Part shown: in pieces, positions 43,464 through 51,758 of the stretch
Layout: each line of letters opens with the position of its first letter
Numbering within the stretch: position 1 is the stretch's first letter
Assembly: GCA_001780285.1 (NCBI GenBank)
Contig: MFGN01000007.1
Span: 7,346-71,345, forward strand
Reading direction: 5' to 3'
Length of the DNA: 64,000 nucleotides
Origin: Candidatus Falkowbacteria bacterium RIFOXYD12_FULL_34_57
GTDB taxonomy: Bacteria; Patescibacteriota; Patescibacteriia; Patescibacteriales; UBA12075
Notes under the pieces: generated by a model
Database searches by the model: none
What the model saw: only the letters and a program-made list of their open reading frames with translations
What the model was told of the DNA's origin: nothing
Program-made: the position numbers and the translations under genes

Positions 43464-44410
43464 GTTTGCTTAAAGTAGAAAATTTAAAGAAATATTTTTC
43501 TTTAAATAAGGGATGGTTTAAAAAAGGAAAACTCTTAAAAGCTGTTGATGATATCAGTTTTGCATTAAATGAAAGAGAAACCCTGGGAATAGTAGGGGAG
43601 TCTGGGTGCGGTAAAACCACTGCAGCTAAAACTATTTTAAGGCTGTATGATCTAACCGATGGTCGTGTTGAATTTCAAGGAAGAAATCTCCATGATTTAT
43701 CCCGAAAAGAGACCAAAGAAGCCAGAAAAGATATGCAAATTATTTTTCAAAATCCGGTTTCCTCATTGGATCCCAGAATGAAAATTAGGGATATTGTCGG
43801 TGAGGGGCTCGATATTCATGGTTTAACCGAAAATAGAGCAGAAAAAATAGTATCGGTTTTGGAAAGGGTCGGTATTTCTTCCGACTACATAGATCGTTAT
43901 CCGCATGAATTTTCCGGCGGACAAAGACAAAGAATCGGTATTGCCCGTGCATTAATACTTGAACCAAAAATGATAATAGCTGATGAGCCGGTATCTGCTT
44001 TGGATGTGTCTATGCAGGCCCAGATTATTAATCTACTGAAAGAACTTCAAGAAGAGTATAACATGGCTTATTTATTGATTGCACATGACCTGAGTGTTGT
44101 GAAGCATGTTAGCCATAGGATAGCAGTAATGTATCTGGGAAAGATTGTGGAACTTGCAGAGGCTAAAGATCTTTGCAATAACCCGCTTCACCCTTATACC
44201 CAGGCCCTTTTGTCAGCAGTACCTGTTCCTAATCCGGAAATAAAAACCAAAAAATTGATATTGAAAGGCGATATCCCCAGTCCGCTTAATCCGCCCGCAG
44301 GGTGTCGTTTTCATACGCGTTGTCCATTGGCAAAAAATATATGCACAAGAGAAGAACCACAAAGACAAGAAATAAATAATCATCAGGTTTTTTGCCATTT
44401 ATTAAGTTAG
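43460..44410 (+). CDS. Opp/Dpp ABC transporter ATPase (OppF-like)
   Basis: GESGCGKTT, FSGGQRQRIGIARAL, IIADEPVSALD. ATGA overlap with the oppD-like stop; the listed 43385 start is rejected. Confidence 0.9.
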   Translation: MSLLKVENLKKYFSLNKGWFKKGKLLKAVDDISFALNERETLGIVGESGCGKTTAAKTILRLYDLTDGRVEFQGRNLHDLSRKETKEARKDMQIIFQNPVSSLDPRMKIRDIVGEGLDIHGLTENRAEKIVSVLERVGISSDYIDRYPHEFSGGQRQRIGIARALILEPKMIIADEPVSALDVSMQAQIINLLKELQEEYNMAYLLIAHDLSVVKHVSHRIAVMYLGKIVELAEAKDLCNNPLHPYTQALLSAVPVPNPEIKTKKLILKGDIPSPLNPPAGCRFHTRCPLAKNICTREEPQRQEINNHQVFCHLLS

Positions 44411-44436
44411 AATTATCAAAATAAAGGAGAAATATT

Positions 44437-44829
44437 TTGGAGGACAAAAAAGAAAATATAAAAAAAGAATTAGGTAAAAATACGGCATTATTGGTTTATA
44501 TTCTGCAAGGACTTGCTTTTTTTTCCGTTTTGACGGTCATTGTCGGCGCGATTATTAATTATGTGAAAATGAAAGATGTGCGAGGCACTTGGCTGGAATC
44601 TCATTTCCACTGGCAAATCAGCACATTTTGGTGGGGATTTATCCTATGGCCATTAATCGGATTTTTTCTTTTGATATATCCTTCAGGAATTGCAGTTATA
44701 ATATCTGTTGATTTAATATCTGTTATAGCGATTATTTTATCGGGATTAATATTTTTTGCAGATACAATTTGGGTGATTTATAGAATTATAAAAGGATTGA
44801 TTTTTTTGAACAAAGAAAAAGAAATATAA
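44437..44829 (+). CDS. Small integral membrane protein (DUF4870-like, tentative)
   Basis: Three to four TM helices. ...LESHFHWQISTFWWGF... motif. TTG start. Confidence 0.5.
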   Translation: MEDKKENIKKELGKNTALLVYILQGLAFFSVLTVIVGAIINYVKMKDVRGTWLESHFHWQISTFWWGFILWPLIGFFLLIYPSGIAVIISVDLISVIAIILSGLIFFADTIWVIYRIIKGLIFLNKEKEI

Positions 44830-44836
44830 TAAAAAA

Positions 44837-44865
44837 ACGCTTTGAAATAATTCAAAGCGTTTTTT
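44837..44865. terminator. Bidirectional Rho-independent terminator
   Basis: ACGCTTTGAA / loop ATAA / TTCAAAGCGT (44837-44860), with an A-tract before and T5 after. Confidence 0.8.
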
Positions 44866-45088
44866 ATCGCATAGGAATTTTCCCCCTAATCCCATATCTG
44901 TTATATGGCTTCATCTTGTGGGGGATCTCCCGAAGGGGGATTATTTTTTACTATTTATCAAGAGTAAAAGTGTTTAATATTTAGATACTCCATTATTCAC
45001 CACGCCCCCGTCTGGGGCGGGCATGGAAAGGCGCTGTGTCCCGCCTCAGGCGGAGACTTTAAAAAGCTTTTCAGGCTTTTCTTGAATT
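44866..45088 (+). repeat. Copy B of the structured intergenic repeat, carrying a 42-nt GC-rich insertion
   Basis: Same orientation as copy A. The hairpin-plus-U-tract lies at 44925-44949. The insertion at 45007-45048 replaces the AAA loop of copy A's CGCC/GGCG hairpin. Confidence 0.9.
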
Positions 45089-45110
45089 AGGAATTTTATA
45101 TCAGGATTGG

Positions 45111-46466
45111 TTAATTTAAATTTTCATAAAAATAAACAATAGTTTCTATCCCTTTAAACAATCTGTCTATTCCGAAATGCTCATTGGGGGAATGGATGGC
45201 ATCTGTATCAAGCCCAAAGCCCAGCAACAGCGGAGTTGCGCCCAGCACCTCATTAAAAATATTAGTAATCGGTATGCTGGCGCTGCCGCGAACCGACAGC
45301 GGTTTTTTGCCAAAAGCTTTTTTATAAGCATCGCTTGCCGCTTTGTATTCCTGAGAGTTGGTGGGTGTGAGCAAGGCAGCAGAAGCGTGAAAAGTTTTAA
45401 TATTCACTCTCACTGATTTTGGGGCAAGAGATTTAAAATATTTAATAAAATTTTTTTTGATTATTTTAGGATTTTGACCAGGAACAAGGCGCATAGAAAT
45501 TTTAGCATGAGCTTTAGATGGAATTACTGTTTTTGATCCCTCTTCTATGTATCCGCCCCAGACGCCATTTACATCCAGGGACGGCCTTGTACACAATCTT
45601 TCCATGGTACTGAATCCGTCTTCGCCCTCTATATCCGTTATGTTAATTTGTTTTTTGTATTTTTTTAAATTAAAGGGAATCTTAGTGATTTCATTTTTTT
45701 CTTTCAAAGAAAGCTTTACCCCATCATAAAAACCGGGGATAGTTATTTTTTTATTTTTATTTTTTAATTTTGCAATCATTTCGCAGAGTGTATTAATTGG
45801 ATTAGCTACAGCTCCGCCATAAAGCCCAGAATGCAGATCCCTATTTGGACCTATTATTTCAACCTCAAAGTAAGCCAGACCTCGAAGTCCGGTAGTAATT
45901 GAGGGGGTGTTTTCATTTAGTATTTCAGTGTCAGATATAAGAGTTGTATCAGCTTTTAATTTCTGCTTGTGGTCGCGAATGAATTTTTCCAGATTAACAG
46001 AACTGATTTCCTCTTCTCCCTCTATGACGAATTTTATATTGGTATGCATTTTTTTTTCTTTTAAAAGATACTCAAAAGCTTTAATATGGATAAAGACCTG
46101 TCCTTTGTCGTCAGATGATCCACGAGCGTAGATTTTATTATTTTTTATAATTGGCTTGAACGGAGGGTTTATCCATAGGTTTATCGGATCTACGGGTTGG
46201 ACATCATAGTGTCCGTAAACAAGCACAGTCGGCAGCTTTTTATTAATTATTTTTTCGCCATAAACAATGGGATGTCCGGAGGTGGAAAAAGTTTTTATAT
46301 TTTGGCCTCCTGCTTCTTTTAATTTGTCCGCGACAAATTTAGCGGTTTTAGCGACATCTTTTTTATATTTTACTTGCGCGCTAACCGATGGAATACTTAA
46401 AAATTCCAATAGTTCACCTAATATTCTTTTTTTGTTTTGTTTGAGGTATGATTTTATATTTGTCAT
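45111..46466 (-). CDS. M20-family metallopeptidase (dipeptidase/deacylase-like)
   Basis: VYGHYDVQP, ARGSSDDKGQ, FVIEGEEEISS, ...HSPNEH... Confidence 0.8.
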   Translation of the reverse strand: MTNIKSYLKQNKKRILGELLEFLSIPSVSAQVKYKKDVAKTAKFVADKLKEAGGQNIKTFSTSGHPIVYGEKIINKKLPTVLVYGHYDVQPVDPINLWINPPFKPIIKNNKIYARGSSDDKGQVFIHIKAFEYLLKEKKMHTNIKFVIEGEEEISSVNLEKFIRDHKQKLKADTTLISDTEILNENTPSITTGLRGLAYFEVEIIGPNRDLHSGLYGGAVANPINTLCEMIAKLKNKNKKITIPGFYDGVKLSLKEKNEITKIPFNLKKYKKQINITDIEGEDGFSTMERLCTRPSLDVNGVWGGYIEEGSKTVIPSKAHAKISMRLVPGQNPKIIKKNFIKYFKSLAPKSVRVNIKTFHASAALLTPTNSQEYKAASDAYKKAFGKKPLSVRGSASIPITNIFNEVLGATPLLLGFGLDTDAIHSPNEHFGIDRLFKGIETIVYFYENLN

Positions 46467-46553
46467 AAATTTGGAATTAATTACAGGTTATTTTTAGTTG
46501 TTTTAATTATAAAAAGAGGTTATTTTTATTATAAAACAAATTATTAAAAATAA

Positions 46554-46579
46554 AAACCCTGAAATTTATATCAGGGTTT
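46554..46579 (-). terminator. Terminator after the lipoprotein gene (read on the minus strand)
   Basis: AAACCCTGA / 8-nt loop / TCAGGGTTT. On the minus strand a T-rich tract follows. Confidence 0.6.
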
Positions 46580-46584
46580 AAATT

Positions 46585-47667
46585 TTATTCTTCAATTTTT
46601 TGCATTTCCAGCACGAAATTATACGGATCATCTTTGTATATAGCAATTGATTTTTGGATGCCAAGCCTTTTGACCGTTTCAATGCCTTTTTGGCGATACT
46701 TATATTGGGGATACTTGTTCTTATGATTTATATCTGCCTGTCTTATTTCCACGGGAAGAGAGTAGTTATTTTTTTGAAAAAATTCGTTAAGTAGCAGATC
46801 AACGATTCCGCCGACTAAAGCTTCTTCTACTCGAAAATAAACATGCATGAGGCGCAGAGCATCAGTGGGATTCGAGTCGCTTGTTTTTTCCAATGTATTT
46901 ACAATGTATTTATCAGTATATTCTCCGATAAGATAATGAAGAGACTCTTCTATTGGAATTGATAGCAATGTATAAGTGTTTCTTGTATCGGTTTGCCAGA
47001 TAGAAAGGGGCGTTCTTTCTGCTATGAATTTTCCATCTTTATTCATGTAAATTTGACAGGTAACTGATCCTAGCATATTTGATCCCATGCTCCCCGCAAA
47101 CCAATAAGGAATTTTTTTGTCACCGGAGAAAAAAACGCATCGGACGCGGAATTTTTTTGTTAGATTGTTGACAATCAGGGCAGTATTGTTTTTTTTCAGC
47201 TTTACGGCAGGATAATCGGAGTCAGCATATATTATTTGATCAATCGGAAGTTTAATTTTGTATTTTTCAAGTACGAATTTATTTATATCGCCGATATATT
47301 CGGAATAGGCGCTTTTAAATTCCGGTCTTGATTCAGGTACATAAGCGTAAGAGGTTTTTACTTCCCGAAAATAGATTTCAACTTTTTCTGTCCGAAGATT
47401 TTTTTTAAGTTTTTCCATTAAGGCGTCGTTTTTTTGGATATAGTTAATAATAAACAACTGTACCTCCAAATCTTCGCCTTCCTGATAATCCCAAAGAGTA
47501 TATTCAGGCTCCAGTAATGACTTTGCTTGGGCATATTGCTCCAGTGCCTGGAAATATCCAGGTGTTGGTTTAGGGCTTTCTGTGGGTTCAATTTTTATTG
47601 CCTGTTTATGGACGCTGCATCCAAAGAAGAATATTATAATAAATACTACCAAATTATTTTTTTTCAT
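46585..47667 (-). CDS. Hypothetical lipoprotein (360 aa)
   Basis: Lipobox FFFGCS. No family recognised. Overlaps the upstream gene by 14 nt. Confidence 0.55.
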   Translation of the reverse strand: MKKNNLVVFIIIFFFGCSVHKQAIKIEPTESPKPTPGYFQALEQYAQAKSLLEPEYTLWDYQEGEDLEVQLFIINYIQKNDALMEKLKKNLRTEKVEIYFREVKTSYAYVPESRPEFKSAYSEYIGDINKFVLEKYKIKLPIDQIIYADSDYPAVKLKKNNTALIVNNLTKKFRVRCVFFSGDKKIPYWFAGSMGSNMLGSVTCQIYMNKDGKFIAERTPLSIWQTDTRNTYTLLSIPIEESLHYLIGEYTDKYIVNTLEKTSDSNPTDALRLMHVYFRVEEALVGGIVDLLLNEFFQKNNYSLPVEIRQADINHKNKYPQYKYRQKGIETVKRLGIQKSIAIYKDDPYNFVLEMQKIEE

Positions 47668-48541
47668 TTTTTAACATCCTTTGTAGTTCTGGTATTCGGC
47701 TTTTGTGGATTACCAATAATTCATAGTTGCGTTGGATTATTTTTTCTACCGGTGGAAAATTTATTTCCATGATTTTATTTTTATCAATTCGGAAGAACCT
47801 AAATCCCATTTTTTTACTAATACCTATTACCGGATTAGAGTCCCAGGGGGTTTCATAATTTTTTTCTAAAAGAAGTCCACCAACCTCACTTTTCCATAGC
47901 AGGCTAAATGAAGTGCCAATGCTTCCATTAACAACTGTAATATTTTTAAACAAATCAATAATAATTTGGGATTGTTTAGTATGTTTTTTGGGTTTATTGC
48001 GGATCAGTATATACTGTTCCGCAATGCTTAGATCGGGGCATATTTCCAATTTTACAGCCTTGTCACAGCCTCCAGTTTGATAAATACGCCAAATATTTTG
48101 CGAGCATGGTCTGAATCCGAATAATTCTTGAGTATTAATATCGGCAATGAAAACAGCTATAATTTCATCTTCAATAACCAAAGATATCATGGTGGATACG
48201 CCCTGTGATTGCCGGCGGCTAAAAGCCTTGGTGCCATCCAGAGGATCAACTGTAAAATATATTTTGTGTTTGGTTTTGTGCTGTATTATTAATTCTTTTT
48301 CTTCGGCAATGATGCCGAAATTCGGGAAATTTTCTTGTAATAATTTGATGTATATTTTTTGTGCTTTGCGATCAGCACTGGTAACTAGGTCATTAAAATT
48401 GCCGTCATAGCCAGTTTTGGTTTCTTTTTCAAAAATGAATCTTTCTTCACGGATAGCATTAGCAACCCTTCTGACGATTTCTTTCATAATAATACCGATG
48501 CTATGTGAATTATATCCAAGAATTTTTTCTAAGTTTCTCAT
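47654..48541 (-). CDS. Inositol monophosphatase/CysQ-family phosphatase
   Basis: LVTSADRKAQ..., IIAEE, YFTVDPLDGTKAF. GGAAGGGGG RBS 5 nt upstream of the ATG at 48541. Confidence 0.75.
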   Translation of the reverse strand: MRNLEKILGYNSHSIGIIMKEIVRRVANAIREERFIFEKETKTGYDGNFNDLVTSADRKAQKIYIKLLQENFPNFGIIAEEKELIIQHKTKHKIYFTVDPLDGTKAFSRRQSQGVSTMISLVIEDEIIAVFIADINTQELFGFRPCSQNIWRIYQTGGCDKAVKLEICPDLSIAEQYILIRNKPKKHTKQSQIIIDLFKNITVVNGSIGTSFSLLWKSEVGGLLLEKNYETPWDSNPVIGISKKMGFRFFRIDKNKIMEINFPPVEKIIQRNYELLVIHKSRIPELQRMLKNEKK

Positions 48542-48704
48542 TCATACCCCCTTCCTTAAATTTATTGTTAAAGATCATTAATATATCACCTTAACATGTT
48601 TATTGTGGGGTGTAAATCTTGACAAAATAATATATTTATGATAAGGTGTTGAGTTGTATTTTAGAAAATAATTCATAACACAAAAAGTTGGAAAGGAGAC
48701 GGGA

Positions 48705-49193
48705 ATGACTGAAAAAGAAGAAAAAAGCGGGGATGAAAAAATCATAGAGCTTCAAGTTGCGCTGGAAAAAGCTTTAAGGCAGGTAGAATTTCATAGAAAT
48801 GAGACTAAAGAGGTTTTGGGTGGCATGAAAGCGCGTATTGATGCGGAAGTAATCAATAGAACCATTGAGGCGCGGAAAGATTTATATCGGAAATTATTTC
48901 CGGTTGTTGAACTTTTGAAGCTTACATGCGCCTCTATTAACGACAATGCGAGATTTGAAGACATAAGGAGTGGCGTAGACATGGTTTACCAACAAATGTT
49001 GACCCTGTTGAATATTTTTAATATTGAAAAAATAAAGACCGTGGGCGAGAAGTTTGATCCGAATTTTCATGAAGCAATAATGCAGGATGGTTCCGGTAAA
49101 TTCCCCAAAAATATTATCGTTCAGGAATTCGAATCTGGTTTTATTCTTGATGGCAAACTCTTGAAGCCGGCTAAGGTTTCTGTGTCAATGTAA
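48705..49193 (+). CDS. grpE: Nucleotide exchange factor GrpE (short form; no dnaK/dnaJ adjacent)
   Basis: Coiled-coil N-terminal half. C-terminal ...GEKFDPNFHEAIMQ...VQEFESGFILDGKLLKPAKVSV. Confidence 0.8.
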   Translation: MTEKEEKSGDEKIIELQVALEKALRQVEFHRNETKEVLGGMKARIDAEVINRTIEARKDLYRKLFPVVELLKLTCASINDNARFEDIRSGVDMVYQQMLTLLNIFNIEKIKTVGEKFDPNFHEAIMQDGSGKFPKNIIVQEFESGFILDGKLLKPAKVSVSM

Positions 49194-49207
49194 TAAGAAA
49201 ATAAATA

Positions 49208-49233
49208 ATCCAAGGTAGAACACCTTGGATTTT
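49208..49233 (+). terminator. Rho-independent terminator after grpE
   Basis: ATCCAAGGT / loop AGAAC / ACCTTGGAT plus TTT. Confidence 0.7.
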
Positions 49234-49337
49234 GTATTACAAAATATCATTGTGAGCAAAGAGTAGGAAGGGTGGTAATTTACCGGATTGTCATCCGCTC
49301 CCCATGGGTCTCCCTGTAATAATATATATTTAATTGA

Positions 49338-50582
49338 TTATTTTTCAAATTCTTCCCGCCATTTTTTTATGCTTTCAAAAAATCTTTCTTTATTTTCTTC
49401 TTTTATTGATTCACCGGGAGGCAGTACTTCGCGCAGGGGATTTGTTTTAACGCCGTTTTTTAACATTTCGTAGTGAAGATGAGCGCCGGTGGAAAATCCG
49501 GTAGAGCCGACATAACCTATTATATCTCCCTGTTTTACTTTTTGTCCGCGCTTTACTATTATTCTGGATTGATGCGCATAGTTGGTAGAATAAGTGCCGT
49601 TGTGCCGTATACTGGTCAGATTGCCATAGCCGGCGCTGCTCCATCCGGCAAAAGATACGGTGCCGTCTCCTACTGAGCGGATAGGCGTGCCAGCCGGAGC
49701 GGCATAGTCAATCGCCATATGGGAAGAAGTAAAGCGCTGGTATTGCCCGCCCACATATCTGGGACCATAAGAAAATCCGGAAGAAATATATTTAAATGCA
49801 ACAGGAGCCTTTAAGAACATTTTTTGTACCGAATTTCCTTCCACATCAAAATATCCCTTATTATCTTCTGTTTCTTCAAAATAAAAAAGTTCATATTTAA
49901 TACCGTCATTTACATATATTCCGGCCAGAATTTTTCCCGGCATGATATATTCGCCGTTCAAATATCTTTCTTCATAAATAAATTTGAAAGTGTCGCCGAC
50001 GCGAGGATCCATGGCAAAATCAATAGACCATTGAAAAGTATCAGCCAGTTCAATGATAGCGCGAATATCAATATTTTTCTCTAGAGCGGCCTCATATAAT
50101 GATGTTTCTATTTTTCCTTCGGTTTGTTTGATTTTTATTTCATAAGGAATAGGTTCTAATTTGGCTTGCCAGGTCACTTTTTCTTCTGAAGATGACCCGA
50201 CCCTGATTAGAGTTTTGCTTACGATTAGTTCATCTTCAGAATCTATTTTGTAGGATAATTGTTTTAATTCTTCTGTGTTTTTATCAAATGTCAGGTCTAT
50301 AAATCTGCCTAATCTTATTTTAATTAGGTCATAAAGAGGTTTAGCTGCCTCATAAATAGCGGTATAATCAGTATAATCAATCCCAGCTTCTTTCATTAGA
50401 TAGCCGTATGTTGCTTGTTCGTTTATTTCTATTTTAATAATTTTGTCTTTTTTTACAGGTTCAATGATTACAGTAGCATCTTCAATCTCTTTAATTGCCG
50501 CTACCTCTTTTTTATCAATTTTTTGGATAAAAATTATAGCAAAAAGGATAATAACAAAAAATGCTAATATTTTTTTTAGCAT
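49338..50582 (-). CDS. M23-family (LytM-type) peptidoglycan metalloendopeptidase, membrane-anchored
   Basis: N-terminal TM helix. HMAIDYAAPAGTPIRSVGDG...YAHQS...GYVGSTGFSTGAHLHYE. Confidence 0.9.
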   Translation of the reverse strand: MLKKILAFFVIILFAIIFIQKIDKKEVAAIKEIEDATVIIEPVKKDKIIKIEINEQATYGYLMKEAGIDYTDYTAIYEAAKPLYDLIKIRLGRFIDLTFDKNTEELKQLSYKIDSEDELIVSKTLIRVGSSSEEKVTWQAKLEPIPYEIKIKQTEGKIETSLYEAALEKNIDIRAIIELADTFQWSIDFAMDPRVGDTFKFIYEERYLNGEYIMPGKILAGIYVNDGIKYELFYFEETEDNKGYFDVEGNSVQKMFLKAPVAFKYISSGFSYGPRYVGGQYQRFTSSHMAIDYAAPAGTPIRSVGDGTVSFAGWSSAGYGNLTSIRHNGTYSTNYAHQSRIIVKRGQKVKQGDIIGYVGSTGFSTGAHLHYEMLKNGVKTNPLREVLPPGESIKEENKERFFESIKKWREEFEK

Positions 50583-50825
50583 AAATATTTTTTTATTAGT
50601 ATAGGTTTAATTTTATGATAATTAATGTGAGAAGTCAACCAAGAAAAAACCCCCTTAGTTTTTATAAGAGGGTGAATTGGTTAGTGAATTAAAAAGTTCA
50701 GGTGACAAGCATATTGGAATTGCCTATATCTTAAATTATCCAGCAATAATTGTCAATAGAAAAAATATATAGTGTATTTTTTTAAAAGATGTTATAATAA
50801 AGTAGTAAAATTAAATTATATATTT

Positions 50826-51431
50826 ATGTTAGATAAAGATGTTTGGAAACAAATTGACAATAACTCCACGGGGTATATGGGTAAAAAAAGAAATGAAGAA
50901 TGGGCTAAAAGAAATGCTTTATATGGAGTTGGTAATTGGCAAATGGGGTGGTTGGTAGAAGGTAATTTACTGGAATACTTTGAAATTTGCGAGATGTACG
51001 GAGAGGCTTATTATGCTTACTTTATGTTAAGGCCGGAACTTATGGATCATTTAGTGGAAGTAGCGTCTGATGTATATAATTATAGTCCGGAAGATATACA
51101 GGCAGGTGAAGATTTTAGTCATCGTGGTGACCTAGTAACGCATATTACCGATACCGTGATTAGACGTTGTGTAAATCGTTTTGGAAGAAAATTTAAAGGA
51201 AATAAGCTATTACAAATCAGGGATCGGATTGGACCTCATCCTTTGAGTCTGGCTCTGTCTCCGGGGCAGGTTCCGTTTAATGATCAAAAGATTTTATCTT
51301 TTCCGGATAATTTAGAAGAACTACATAAAGATGCTTGGTGGCTTCCAGGTTCTGTTGAGGATTTTTATCAAAGAGCCAAAAGGTTGTGCTTAAAAAAGGA
51401 AGTATTAAAGCAAATACAAGACAATAATTAG
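50826..51431 (+). CDS. Hypothetical cytoplasmic protein (201 aa)
   Basis: ORF trimmed to the ATG at 50826. W/Y-rich; no family recognised. Confidence 0.5.
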   Translation: MLDKDVWKQIDNNSTGYMGKKRNEEWAKRNALYGVGNWQMGWLVEGNLLEYFEICEMYGEAYYAYFMLRPELMDHLVEVASDVYNYSPEDIQAGEDFSHRGDLVTHITDTVIRRCVNRFGRKFKGNKLLQIRDRIGPHPLSLALSPGQVPFNDQKILSFPDNLEELHKDAWWLPGSVEDFYQRAKRLCLKKEVLKQIQDNN

Positions 51432-51475
51432 TTTTATAAACACTTTAAGCTCTTTAAAAGTAAAGGAGGAAAATC

Positions 51476-51712
51476 ATGACATCATCACCTGATGGGGTAA
51501 TTAAAAAAATTAGAGAAGAAAATGCCAAGGAAGAAAAAATAGATAAAGCTCTGGAGCGCATAAAGGGAGTAATGAAAAAGATTGATAAATTAGATACGGA
51601 AAACGAAGGCATACTAGAAGAAATATTAAAAAAAATAGAAGAAATGGCTGATGGATTTGACGAATATGCTGATTTTCTTGAAAACAATGAAATTGAAAAC
51701 GATGATGAATAA
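51476..51712 (+). CDS. Hypothetical small acidic protein (78 aa)
   Basis: GGAGG lies 8 nt upstream. E/D/K-rich helical sequence. Followed directly by a strong terminator. Confidence 0.5.
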   Translation: MTSSPDGVIKKIREENAKEEKIDKALERIKGVMKKIDKLDTENEGILEEILKKIEEMADGFDEYADFLENNEIENDDE

Positions 51713-51746
51713 AAAAAACGGTTTTGAAATTCAAAACCGTTTTTAT
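51712..51746. terminator. Bidirectional Rho-independent terminator between convergent genes
   Basis: ACGGTTTTGA / loop AAT / TCAAAACCGT (51718-51740), flanked by A8 and T4. Confidence 0.75.
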
Positions 51747-51758
51747 TTTTGTGATACT

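Noticed and set aside
33591-44865. Genomic island or integrated element delimited by the direct repeats
   Set aside because: There is no integrase, recombinase, transposase or phage gene inside. The cargo includes housekeeping metK with its riboswitch and an opp operon. Repeat-mediated rearrangement remains possible, but a mobile-island call is unsupported.
33411-45088. Diversity-generating retroelement (template/variable repeat) explanation for the two near-identical 85-nt segments
   Set aside because: No reverse transcriptase gene is present in the window. The repeats are intergenic rather than at the 3' end of a target ORF. The three substitutions (T/C, C/T, A/G) are not adenine-specific.
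33384-46579. Possible repeat family of CCCTGA...TCAGGG hairpins with similar AATTTATATCA loops (33384-33402, 46557-46576; related loop at 37250-37262; similar word at 45093-45105)
   Set aside because: The arms are only 6-7 nt, and all clear cases sit at gene ends acting as ordinary terminators. The similarity is too short to separate from chance or convergent terminator composition without genome-wide counts.
49241-49337. Slightly GC-richer patch (…GGAAGGGTGGTAATTTACCGGATTGTCATCCGCTCCCCATGGGTCTCCCTG…) between grpE and the M23 peptidase gene, including ORF 49288..49473
   Set aside because: I could not draw a convincing structure or find a recognisable motif. The ORF is antisense to the 3' end of the peptidase gene and has no RBS. 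The patch is most likely the 3' UTR of the convergent genes.
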